Assembly (NCBI GenBank): GCA_017500825.1
Contig: JAFVYB010000024.1
Span: forward strand, 17,193 to 81,192
DNA from: Myxococcaceae bacterium
Lineage (GTDB): Bacteria; Myxococcota; Myxococcia; Myxococcales; UBA5297
DNA: 64,000 bases
Direction: 5' to 3'
Shown: piece after piece, positions 10,551 through 19,111 of the stretch
How positions within the stretch are numbered: the first letter of the stretch is position 1
How the letters are laid out: every line of letters starts with the position of its first letter
Program-made: the position numbers and the translations under genes
The notes under the pieces: model-generated
Database searches by the model: none
The model's input: the letters and a program-made list of their open reading frames with translations, nothing else
Told to the model about the DNA's origin: nothing

Positions 10551-10825
10551 ACCTTTACTGTAATGCCGTCTAAAAACTCGTCTCCGGCCAGAAGCGGCGG
10601 GCTTCTAAGGGGGATCGTCGAACCAAGGCAAGGCGCGAGGCCGAGGGCGCAACAGCACCCTGTCACCGCCTTCCAACTCTCTCGGTCAGCGCCCCGCGCG
10701 CGATCCTTCGCCCCACAGGCCAATGGCGTGATCGCCTTCCCTTCGCAGGCAGCGCGAACGAGATTTTCCCCGCATCCGGCCAGCGACAACGCGGCCATCT
10801 CCACGAGTTTCCAGAGGAAATCGAC

Positions 10826-11993
10826 CATGAGCTTCCGCCCCTCCGCGCTTCACCCCATCCGCCGCGCCGTTCGTCGCGCCGCGTTCCTCTGCCTTCCTAT
10901 CGCCCTGAGCCTGTCCTTCGACGCCTGGGCAGCCGCCGACGGCAAGCTCGGACCACTCATCGCGGCCAACGCCACACCGCTGTCGACAGGCGCGGAACAG
11001 CTCCTCGACACCTGCCCCGCCATCGCCAAGTGGCGCTTCCGAGCGAACACCGCAGGTCACAACCTCGACGGCTTTGCCAGCCGCTGCCCACAGAGCGCGC
11101 TCGTCCTGCAGCCGACATTCGAGAGCTTTGGCGCGCGCCGACTCGACGAAGATCCCGCCCAGGCCGCCCTCCAGGCGTGGAGTGAAGCGGCGACATTCCA
11201 GACTCTGCTCTCCACACGCGACGATCGCCTCTGGCTCGAAGGCCCGGACGCGACCTCGCTCCCCAGTTGGCGCGAAACCGGCGCGCCGAGTTGGCTCTCC
11301 ACGTTTTGGAGCGCGCTCGCCAGCATGGCGCGTGAGAGCGGCGTGGGACTCCTCGTCCATCTCGATGGCCTGACGCCCGAAGGCGACCTCGACAGCCTCG
11401 TCACCGCGCTGGAGTCCACAGGCTGCCGCTATGGCTTCACGCGTTCGCTCTCGATCGACACCCTTTGCGTCGGCGCAACGCATCCGGCCCTCGACTTCGA
11501 GTCGCTCCTCCCCCGCCTGCCAGCAGAGCGCCCTGTCGTCCTCTCCCACGTCGAGCACGCCCACCTGCCCGCCACCGGACTCAACGACTGCGCGAGCGAC
11601 GACTACGTCACCTGGCTCACCTGGTTCGACGCCCGCCTGCGCCAAACCCCACGCGTTCTGGGGGCCGCGCTCCACGACTTTGGCAGCGCCAGCGCTTCAG
11701 CTCTCGACGCCTGCGTCAGCGCCATCGTCACCGCGCCCGTCCCGCCATCAGACTTCGCCCTGCCCGACTGCGCCGACGAGTCGGGGGAAGGCTCTGGAGG
11801 AGAGAGTTCCGACAACGAATCGCCCGACGCCCCATCCAACACCGGCTCGTCCATGGGCGCCTCCGGCACCTTCCGCGATACCGAGGACAGCGGCTGCGGC
11901 GTCCCCGGTTCGAGCGCGCCCCTCCATCCCCTGTTCGCCCTCGCGGCAATCCTCGGTCTCTGCCGACGAGGCGGCCAATGCGCCCGACGCTGA
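10826..11993 (+). CDS. secreted hypothetical protein with MYXO-CTERM-like C-terminal sorting tail
   Basis: ATG at 10826 preceded by GAGGAA. Signal peptide (RRAVRRAAFLCLPIALSLS). C-terminus GCGVPGSSAPLHPLFALAAILGLCRRGGQCARR (Gly/Cys, hydrophobic, Arg-rich) as in MYXO-CTERM. The upstream part of the ORF-track ORF (9816-10825) is antisense to tetR and rejected. Confidence 0.5.
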
Positions 11994-12027
11994 TCGAGTC
12001 ACGCCAGACGCCCGCGCCCTTCCGTCC

Positions 12028-13050
12028 TCAGCGCCGCCAACGCCTGAGGCCCGACAACAACGCCAGCGCCATCCAGCCCACCATTCCCACAGGTCCCGCG
12101 TTGCCCGCGCCCGCGCATCCACCGGCTGGAACGATGTCCTCACCTTCATCCGTGACTTCTTCCGCGCTCCCGCCCTGACAGGCCAAACGACTGTCAGCGG
12201 TAATGAAGACCCCCTCAGCCCCATCGAGCAGGCAAGGCGCCGCGGTCACAGGAATGGCGAACGCCTCCGAGGTGAGGGTGTAGTCGCGCACGTATTTGCC
12301 AGCGGGCGTGTAGAGCTTGCCCTTGACCGTCAGCGTGGCCTCGACCTCGCCGACCTTTGTCGGGCTCAGCGTCGTCAGGTTGAAGCTGTTCGTGCCGCGA
12401 TAGTCCTGCGACTTGAAGTCGACGCCCGCGCCCTTGAACTTGATGAACTTGCGGACGTTATCGGCCTCGATGCTCCAACCCGGCTCCGGCGCCGAGTCAT
12501 AGATGGTCAGCGGCAGCGTCTGTCCGGCCACGAGCCCGCCGTAATGCAGTCCCTCGTCGAGCACGCGCGCCGCCTCGATGACCGGCGGAATTTCAATCGG
12601 CTCTGAGACGCTCTCGACGCGCTCGCCTTCCTCGGCGCAGGCCCCGTTCTTGTCGAGCGACGCGCAGCAGCTGCCCGTGACGCGGACGCGATAGACAGCG
12701 CCGGGTTTGAGCGCGGCCGTCAGTTGCCGGGTCTGGCTGCCCACTTCCTGAAAGCTGGCACTCCCATCGAGCCGAAGCCCCGTCGCCGGATGGGGATCGA
12801 GCACGCCCGCGGCCGGATCAAAGTCGTAATCCAGCGTCGATCCAACAGCGCCCCCCGGACAGTTGAGCGACAGCGCGACCGGCACCTCGACAAAGGCCAT
12901 GGGGCGCCCGTTCTCGGTGGTCATCTCAATGGTGCCGTTCCAGGGGCCCATCGCGGCGCTGGCGTTGATCGATGTCTCGGCGGCAAAAGCCTGAGGCGCG
13001 ACATTCAAGGACAGGGCAAACACGGCGGCAGTCAGCGAATAGCGGGACAT
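12028..13050 (-). CDS. secreted hypothetical protein with MYXO-CTERM-like C-terminal tail
   Basis: Signal peptide MSRYSLTAAVFALSLNVAPQAFA. C-terminus GGCAGAGNAGPVGMVGWMALALLSGLRRWRR. Confidence 0.5.
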   Translation of the reverse strand: MSRYSLTAAVFALSLNVAPQAFAAETSINASAAMGPWNGTIEMTTENGRPMAFVEVPVALSLNCPGGAVGSTLDYDFDPAAGVLDPHPATGLRLDGSASFQEVGSQTRQLTAALKPGAVYRVRVTGSCCASLDKNGACAEEGERVESVSEPIEIPPVIEAARVLDEGLHYGGLVAGQTLPLTIYDSAPEPGWSIEADNVRKFIKFKGAGVDFKSQDYRGTNSFNLTTLSPTKVGEVEATLTVKGKLYTPAGKYVRDYTLTSEAFAIPVTAAPCLLDGAEGVFITADSRLACQGGSAEEVTDEGEDIVPAGGCAGAGNAGPVGMVGWMALALLSGLRRWRR

Positions 13051-13330
13051 GGGGTCTCCTCGTCAAAAAGGCGAAGCGCGGACACATTCAAAAAAAGCGC
13101 GATCCAAAGGCGCCGCTTGATGTGGCCAGACGCGGTGAATCTCAACCTTTGATTGCGACACATTTCATTTCGCCGAATAATTTTTAACCCCCAACAATCA
13201 TTCAACCACCCATTCCCCCACCAACCGCTCCATCCAACAACCAACAAAACACCCCGGACCAACAACCAATAAAAAGCCAGACAAACCAACATTCCATCAA
13301 ACAGCTCGATTTAATTTTTAAACAAAATTA

Positions 13331-13367
13331 AAAATAAAAAAAGCGCCCGAGAATCAATCCGGGCGCC
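13331..13367 (-). terminator. Rho-independent terminator downstream of cdnL
   Basis: On the minus strand: GGGCGCCCGG-attgattct-CGGGCGC followed by TTTTTTTATTTTTAATTTT. Located 30 nt after the cdnL stop. Confidence 0.7.
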
Positions 13368-13395
13368 CTTTGGGAAGTCATTCCAGTCAATTATC

Positions 13396-13893
13396 TCAGC
13401 GACTGAAAATCTTTTTGAGATCCTCGTCGATCTCTTCCTCGGTGCAACCTTTGGCCAGGCTCAATTCCTTGATCAAAAGCCCGCGCACGGTGTCGAGCAT
13501 TTTGCGCTCGCCAAAAGAGAGGTCCTTGTCGCCTTTGAGGCGCGACAGGTCGCGAAGCACCGCCGCCAGCTTGAGAATGTCGCCACCTTTGATTTTTTCC
13601 ATATATTCGCGATATCGCCGATTCCAGGTGGTGGCGTCGACCGACATGCCCTTTTCCCGCAGGACGGCATAGACATCCTTGACTGTCTGCTCGTCGACAA
13701 TGCCGCGCAGGTTGGCCTTTTCAAGCTTGGTGAGCGGAATCATAATCCGCATGCCATTCTCAAGAATTTTGAGAATGTAAAAGGATTGCCGCTGGCCGGC
13801 GACTTCCTTGTGCTCAATCCCGGTGATTTCGCCAACACCTTGTCCGGGATAAACGACTTTGTCCCCAATCTTGAAACTCTTCAAGGCTTCCAC
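13396..13893 (-). CDS. cdnL: CarD/CdnL family transcriptional regulator (RNAP-binding)
   Basis: FKIGDKVVYPGQGVGEITGIE... is the CarD_CdnL_TRCF N-domain. GTG start at 13893 is preceded by AAGGAG at 7 nt; the ORF-track N-terminal extension has no ATG. Confidence 0.8.
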   Translation of the reverse strand: MEALKSFKIGDKVVYPGQGVGEITGIEHKEVAGQRQSFYILKILENGMRIMIPLTKLEKANLRGIVDEQTVKDVYAVLREKGMSVDATTWNRRYREYMEKIKGGDILKLAAVLRDLSRLKGDKDLSFGERKMLDTVRGLLIKELSLAKGCTEEEIDEDLKKIFSR

Positions 13894-14343
13894 GTCGTTT
13901 GTCTCCTTACTGGTTGAAGTTATTACTAAATTACCAATTCCCTGCAAAAAACGCGGTGCGCTTAGCACATTTTCGACTTTCGGTCAAACACCGAAAATCG
14001 CAAAAGGTTCAACCTTTTGTCTCTTTCGGCGAATGAAGCGGCCCCGCCAACACGATCACAGGGCAACGCATTCCCAAGGCGCCCCTCTGTCAGGACAAAA
14101 ACACGCGAAAGTGGCGCATTCGAGAGGCGACAGCGCGTTTCGAATGCAACCCAAACTAATTTTACACCCAGGCCGCCACGCCGCGTCGCCAAAGCCCAAA
14201 TCCGCTCTCACAAACTGTTTTCGAGTCAGCAATCGCGGACATTTCACGAAGGTTTCTGGCGGATTTGATTCTCAGGCGCGACTCATCCAACAACATTCAA
14301 CGCCATTTGCCCCCCCCCCCAACGCCCATCCAACACCGCACAA

Positions 14344-14361
14344 AAATTAAATCGAGCAAAT
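14344..14361 (+). repeat. AT-rich intergenic box AAATTAAATCGAGCAAAT (copy 1)
   Basis: Exact 18-mer shared with 63879-63896 (reverse strand). 14-16-mer cores recur at 13304-13319 (reverse) and 14418-14436 (variant). Confidence 0.7.
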
Positions 14362-14468
14362 CGAGAGGCGTTTGCCAAACAGTTCGGTCGGCGAAAAAAA
14401 ACATTCAACGCCGCATTAAAATTAAACCGAGCGAATCAATGTTCAACGCGCTGGCGACAAATCACAAC

Positions 14469-15056
14469 TCAGACGGAGAGCGCCTCGCAGGCTGGCAGGA
14501 GTTTGACGCGCGCGGCCTCCAGTCGGTTGACCTCGCGCAAAAAATGCAAACCGGCGCATTTGTCGGAAACGAGCGTTGGCAATGTGGCCATCGAAGCAAA
14601 CGTGCGGTTGGCCTGACTGAAAGCCTCATTGACAAAAACATCGCAAAACGCCGCCAGCGATTCAGCAAAACGCCTGTCATTAAGCGCTTCGCCCGCATTC
14701 ATCGCCAGATTTTCCAAAATCAAAAGATCGCCATCGCCCAAATCCTGAACGAGCTTACGCACGCCGTCGCCCACGCAGTCGTCGGCAAACCGCGCCTCGC
14801 AGCGCAACAATTCGACGAGTCTGGCGGCGGTCGGTTCAATGGTCCGCCCCTCTGACCATCGGCCCCGGGGGTTTCCCTGATGCGTGGCGAGAATAACGCG
14901 CGCGCGCTGATCCAAGGCGTAGCGAATCGTCGGCAATGCCTCCTCAAAGCGGCGATCGTCGGGGACGCCCCGCTTCTGACCGACGGGCAAATCGAGATCG
15001 AGGCGGATGAGAACGCGGCGGCCCGAGAGGGCGACGTTTTTCACTGAGCGGATCAC
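14469..15056 (-). pseudogene. pgk: phosphoglycerate kinase N-terminal domain only (truncated/degenerate pgk)
   Basis: First ~175 aa are collinear with the PGK N-domain (VILATHQGNP.G ... LILENL ... FCDVFVNEAFSQANRTFAS...). The AFGTAHRAHAS motif is degraded to AFSQANRTFAS. A stop falls at the inter-domain hinge. No C-terminal nucleotide-binding domain is present in any frame downstream. The gene lies directly downstream of an intact gap. Confidence 0.6.
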
Positions 15057-15218
15057 GGGAAAACTTCCTGTCTTGCGGCGGCGAGCCTTCAGAGGGCGCG
15101 CGGCTAAAAGCGCTGTGCGTTGAATGGCGTTTGATTCGGGAAAGGCGCGCGAAAAAAGGCCCGCTCATTGTGCTGGAGCGGGCCTCTTGATTGTCTCTTC
15201 AGAGAGACTTTCGCTTTC

Positions 15219-16232
15219 TCAGAAACCGGCGTCGGCCATCAGCTTGCCGAGGTCGACCATGCGGTTGGAGTAGCCATACTCGTTGTCATACCAGGCCATG
15301 ACCTTCACCAGCTTGCCGTCGATCACGTAGGTGTCGAGGGCGTCGAAGGTGCTGCTCGCCGGGCAGTTGTTGTAGTCGATGGAGACGGTCTTCTCCTCGC
15401 TGTAGTCGAGGATGCCCTTGAGCGCGCCTTCGGAGGCGGCCTTCATCGCGGCGTTGATCTCCTCCTTGGTCGCGGCCTTCTCCAGCTCGACGGTCAGGTC
15501 AACGAGCGAGACGTTGGGGGTCGGCACGCGAATGGCCAAGCCGTCCAGCTTGCCCTTGAGCACCGGCAGCACCTCGCCGACAGCCTTGGCGGCGCCCGTC
15601 GTCGTCGGGATCATCGACATGGCACCGGCGCGCGCGCGGCGCAGGTCGGAGTGGGGCAGGTCGAGGATGCGCTGGTCGTTGGTGTAGGAGTGAATCGTCG
15701 TCATCAGGCCCTTCACGATGCCGAAGTTGTCGAGCAGGACCTTGGCGATCGGGGCCAGGCAGTTCGTCGTGCAGGAGGCGTTGGAGACGATGTTGTCCTT
15801 GGCCTTGTCGTATTGGTCGCTGTTGACGCCCATGACGATCGTCTTGTCCGGATTCTTGGCCGGGGCGCTGATGATCACCTTCTTGGCGCCGCGCTCCATG
15901 TGGACCATGGCGTCGTCGCGGCCCTTAAAGATGCCGGTGCACTCAAAGACGATGTCCACGCCCATGTCGGCCCAGGGATAGGTCTTGGGGTCGCGCAGCT
16001 TGAGCAGCTTGATCGACTTGCCATTGATGACGATCGAGTCGTCGGTGTGGGTGACGCAGCCCTTGAAGGTGCCGTGGACGCTGTCGTGCTTGAACAGGTA
16101 GGCCATCGTCTTGGCGTCGCCCAGGTCGTTGATTGCCACGACATCGATTTCGTTCTCGATGCCGCGCTCGTAGATGGCGCGGAGAATGTTGCGGCCGATG
16201 CGACCAAAGCCATTGATAGCGAACTTAGCCAT
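15219..16232 (-). CDS. gap: type I glyceraldehyde-3-phosphate dehydrogenase
   Basis: [19 protein letters not shown]..., [12 protein letters not shown] active-site Cys, full-length 337 aa. Confidence 0.95.
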   Translation of the reverse strand: MAKFAINGFGRIGRNILRAIYERGIENEIDVVAINDLGDAKTMAYLFKHDSVHGTFKGCVTHTDDSIVINGKSIKLLKLRDPKTYPWADMGVDIVFECTGIFKGRDDAMVHMERGAKKVIISAPAKNPDKTIVMGVNSDQYDKAKDNIVSNASCTTNCLAPIAKVLLDNFGIVKGLMTTIHSYTNDQRILDLPHSDLRRARAGAMSMIPTTTGAAKAVGEVLPVLKGKLDGLAIRVPTPNVSLVDLTVELEKAATKEEINAAMKAASEGALKGILDYSEEKTVSIDYNNCPASSTFDALDTYVIDGKLVKVMAWYDNEYGYSNRMVDLGKLMADAGF

Positions 16233-16702
16233 GAATTCTTTCCTCGCTTGGTGTGAGAGTTCGGACTCAGAAAAGTCCGGTTGAAGGAGGGGCGACTTGC
16301 CGTGCCACCCCTCGAAAAAGCGGCGGCCATCTAGTCCGCCGATCCCGGTGAGTCAATGCGTTTTCTTCACCGTCTAACCTATTGATTTTATTGAATAATT
16401 TCCGTTTTTGAGCGCTGTTCGAGGGCCGATTTTTCGCCGCTTCCCAAGTCAGACGACGGCAACGCGACCCAAACGCGGCCCCAGACAGAGACGCGCGGTC
16501 AGAAACCTCGCGGCGCGCCGAGATCGCGCTTTGATCGTGTTTTCCCGACCATCCATCCGAGGCGTCTTTCAAATCTCGAAAAACAATTCTCAAAAAAAAC
16601 AAACGCGAGGAATCAAAGCCTGTGGCCATGAAACCTCGCGAATATCATTTCGCTAACGTGTTCCTGTCCGCGCCGGGCGATTCCAAAATACGCGGATTTA
16701 AA

Positions 16703-17254
16703 TTATTTATTTAAAACATGATAGATATTACAGCGCGAACCATTCATATCATAAAAGATTTTAAACTGCTGAGCCGACTCCATGCGCACCACGCCATTGC
16801 CAGCGATCTGGAAGTATTTCTTTCCGGAACGGGCCTTTTGCAAAAGATCCTGAACGTCAAAGCCTGGCCCCTGATCGCGAATGCTGAACAAAAGACCGCC
16901 CGGACCGAGATGGCCCTTAATATGAATGGGCAAATTGTCGCGGCGACTGTGCGCGTGACAAAAGGCGTTGGACAGCGCCTCGCTGAGGACGCCGCGCTCG
17001 CCGATGAGCTCAAAGCGCAGGTCGCGAATCCATGGCGGAGAGGCCTGCAGGACCTTTCGTTCGGCGATATAAAGCCAATCATAGCCGTTGCGATAAGGGC
17101 TGTTGGCCGCAAAGGGATGGTCTTCGGGAATGAGCTCCCAATCCAAAAAAACGGATTCCGCCTTGATTTGCGCGAGGGCAGTCTCAAGGGTGCTTATGAC
17201 GAACATTTCTTTCTCGGCGTCGAAGATTTTGTCGACAAAACTTTGGGCCGGCAT
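16703..17254 (-). CDS. ATP-binding protein, HATPase_c / anti-sigma-factor-kinase-like (RsbW/SpoIIAB-type fold)
   Basis: SEALSNAFCHAHS (N-box-like), GLLFSIRDQGPGFD (G1/G2-like). The start may be the internal Met at 17206, to avoid a 60-nt overlap with the upstream PHP gene. Confidence 0.5.
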   Translation of the reverse strand: MPAQSFVDKIFDAEKEMFVISTLETALAQIKAESVFLDWELIPEDHPFAANSPYRNGYDWLYIAERKVLQASPPWIRDLRFELIGERGVLSEALSNAFCHAHSRRDNLPIHIKGHLGPGGLLFSIRDQGPGFDVQDLLQKARSGKKYFQIAGNGVVRMESAQQFKIFYDMNGSRCNIYHVLNK

Positions 17255-17877
17255 TGTCCGGCAATAATGGCCTGCGCGAGCGCCTTTTCATCTTGAGGCA
17301 AAAAGGGAAATTCTGTCGCCGCAATGCCGACATTTTCCGGCGCATGCGCGTCACTGCCCCCGGTCATGTGCCAGCCGCGCTCCTGGGCGAGGCTTTTGGC
17401 GCGCTTGCTGTCGTCGCCTTTGGTCATGGAACTGGAAACCTCCAATCCATGAATTCCGAGGCGAATATCGGGAAAATGCTCGGGTGAAAGCATATTGCGG
17501 TAAACCAAGTAGGGATGCGCCCAGATAAGCGCCGCTCCCTGCTCCCGGGCGACATCAATGACCCGCTGAATAGGGCAACCACGCGGTGTCTCCGCCAATG
17601 ATTCCAAACCAAAGGCGAGAATATGCGCATGATCCGCAGAAATCTCGACGCCGCGATAAAGCCGGACACCCTCCACGCCTTCGGATGAACTGTGGATGAG
17701 CTCCTGCAATTCATCTTCGGACCAGAGCATGTCGTGCTCGGTAATAACGCCGCCGCTCAAACCGCGCTCGTGGAGTCTGGAGATAAGCATCTCCGGTTCC
17801 AAAAGCGGGGCACACGGCGAATAGCGCGACGTATGCATATGCAGATCAAGAATGAATCGTCCCATTCGTTCTCTCAA
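17194..17877 (-). CDS. PHP-domain metal-dependent phosphoesterase
   Basis: DLHMHTSRYSPC... and later HP / GGSDAH histidine motifs of the PHP (polymerase/histidinol phosphatase) fold. Confidence 0.7.
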   Translation of the reverse strand: MRERMGRFILDLHMHTSRYSPCAPLLEPEMLISRLHERGLSGGVITEHDMLWSEDELQELIHSSSEGVEGVRLYRGVEISADHAHILAFGLESLAETPRGCPIQRVIDVAREQGAALIWAHPYLVYRNMLSPEHFPDIRLGIHGLEVSSSMTKGDDSKRAKSLAQERGWHMTGGSDAHAPENVGIAATEFPFLPQDEKALAQAIIAGQCRPKVLSTKSSTPRKKCSS

Positions 17878-17946
17878 GATTAAAGGCGCCCCCGAACAAA
17901 TCGGAAGCGCCTTTTAAACAAGGCTTCAAAACAAAGCCTTGGATGA

Positions 17947-18948
17947 TTACCGCAGAACGGGCGCGATCTCGCTCATGGCGTTGTTGAGGCGCATCTTGGC
18001 GAGAGCGATGTTGCCCTCCTTCTCGATCATCATGATGACGTGGAAGTGAGCGCGGCCCTGCGCCGTCACGGTGTAGTCGGTGGCCTCGTTGAGGCAGCGG
18101 GCGAAGGCGTGACCCTTGGGCGCCTCCATATGGATAACCGTCGCGCGACCGACGCCCATGAGCTCGGCGGCGTTCTGGCTCTTGAGGAGGATGTCATTGG
18201 CCAGCGCGGCGACTTCGTTGAGTTTGAGTCCCTGTGGGTTGTTTTGGGCCAAAACCTCGCCTTCGGGCGAAACAATGGCGGCGCCAACAAAACCTTCAAC
18301 GGCCGACAGCTTCTTCAGGATCTTATCCAACTCTTCCATCTCTGCATCTCCTAGGTTGACGATTGTGGGCATGGGGGGAGCTGTTTCTAAGTCCTGTGAA
18401 CCTTCGGACTTGGCCTCCTCGGCGCCAGTGGACGCGTCGGAAGAACCGCTCTCCGGCATTTCAGGCGCGGCTTCTTGAGTCTGGACGGCCTCCGCGCCAC
18501 CGCCGTCCGATTCGGCTGGCACCGAGTCGACGGAAACATTTCCGTTCAACCAATTGTCCAAAAGGACCTCGGTGCTTTGAAAGTTTTCACGCTTAATTCT
18601 GCGTTTTGGGACGGGCAATTCATTGAGCTGGAAATCCTCCTCGCCCAATACTTCATAAAACGCGGGAATGCCTCGCAATTTACCGCTGACAGCATTCCAG
18701 AGCATTCCATCCTCAAAATAGAGAAAGGCGTTTCCTTTTTTGGAGACGACGGCAAAAAGCCCCGTCCTTTTTTCATAGGAAAATCCCCGCAATACATCCG
18801 CGAGTTTTACGCCTTTGGGACAAGCCAACCTCATAAGAACCACCTCTTTTATCCCGATGGCGAACGGGCGATCGCCTCTCTCAATCGTTTTTATCGACCC
18901 GCCGTCATCTGCCTTCGTCTCCCAGACCGAAGGTTGATTTGTCTTCAA
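17947..18948 (-). CDS. DUF4388 (PatA-like N-terminal) + Roadblock/LC7 (MglB-like) fusion protein with acidic linker
   Basis: N-terminal LADVLRGFSYEKRTGLFAVVSKKGNAFLYFEDGMLWNA... is the DUF4388 pattern. C-terminal VEGFVGAAIVSPEGEVLAQ... is Roadblock/LC7-like. An acidic Ser/Glu-rich linker lies between them. Confidence 0.6.
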   Translation of the reverse strand: MKTNQPSVWETKADDGGSIKTIERGDRPFAIGIKEVVLMRLACPKGVKLADVLRGFSYEKRTGLFAVVSKKGNAFLYFEDGMLWNAVSGKLRGIPAFYEVLGEEDFQLNELPVPKRRIKRENFQSTEVLLDNWLNGNVSVDSVPAESDGGGAEAVQTQEAAPEMPESGSSDASTGAEEAKSEGSQDLETAPPMPTIVNLGDAEMEELDKILKKLSAVEGFVGAAIVSPEGEVLAQNNPQGLKLNEVAALANDILLKSQNAAELMGVGRATVIHMEAPKGHAFARCLNEATDYTVTAQGRAHFHVIMMIEKEGNIALAKMRLNNAMSEIAPVLR

Positions 18949-19111
18949 ACATAAAAATTCGACACTCTGCCTAAACGCGTCCAGATGTCAAATTTCGCGG
19001 GGTACCTGTCGGTATCGAACCGCTTCGGTCCCTACCCCCACAGGCAAACGTCTGATTTGGGCGGCGCCCCATACACGCTGGCCGAGCGAAAGCAAGTCCC
19101 GAGGAGTCACG

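Noticed and set aside
9816-10825. Upstream two-thirds of the 725-aa plus-strand ORF 9816..11993
   Set aside because: This part is antisense to the TetR gene. The real gene starts at the ATG at 10826 with RBS and signal peptide.
18990-19060. tRNA-like T-arm sequence (GGTTCGATACC on the minus strand) in the 18949-19111 intergenic region
   Set aside because: No acceptor stem, D-arm or anticodon arm could be folded around it; only a short hairpin. Most likely not a tRNA. It should still be run through tRNAscan-SE or Aragorn.
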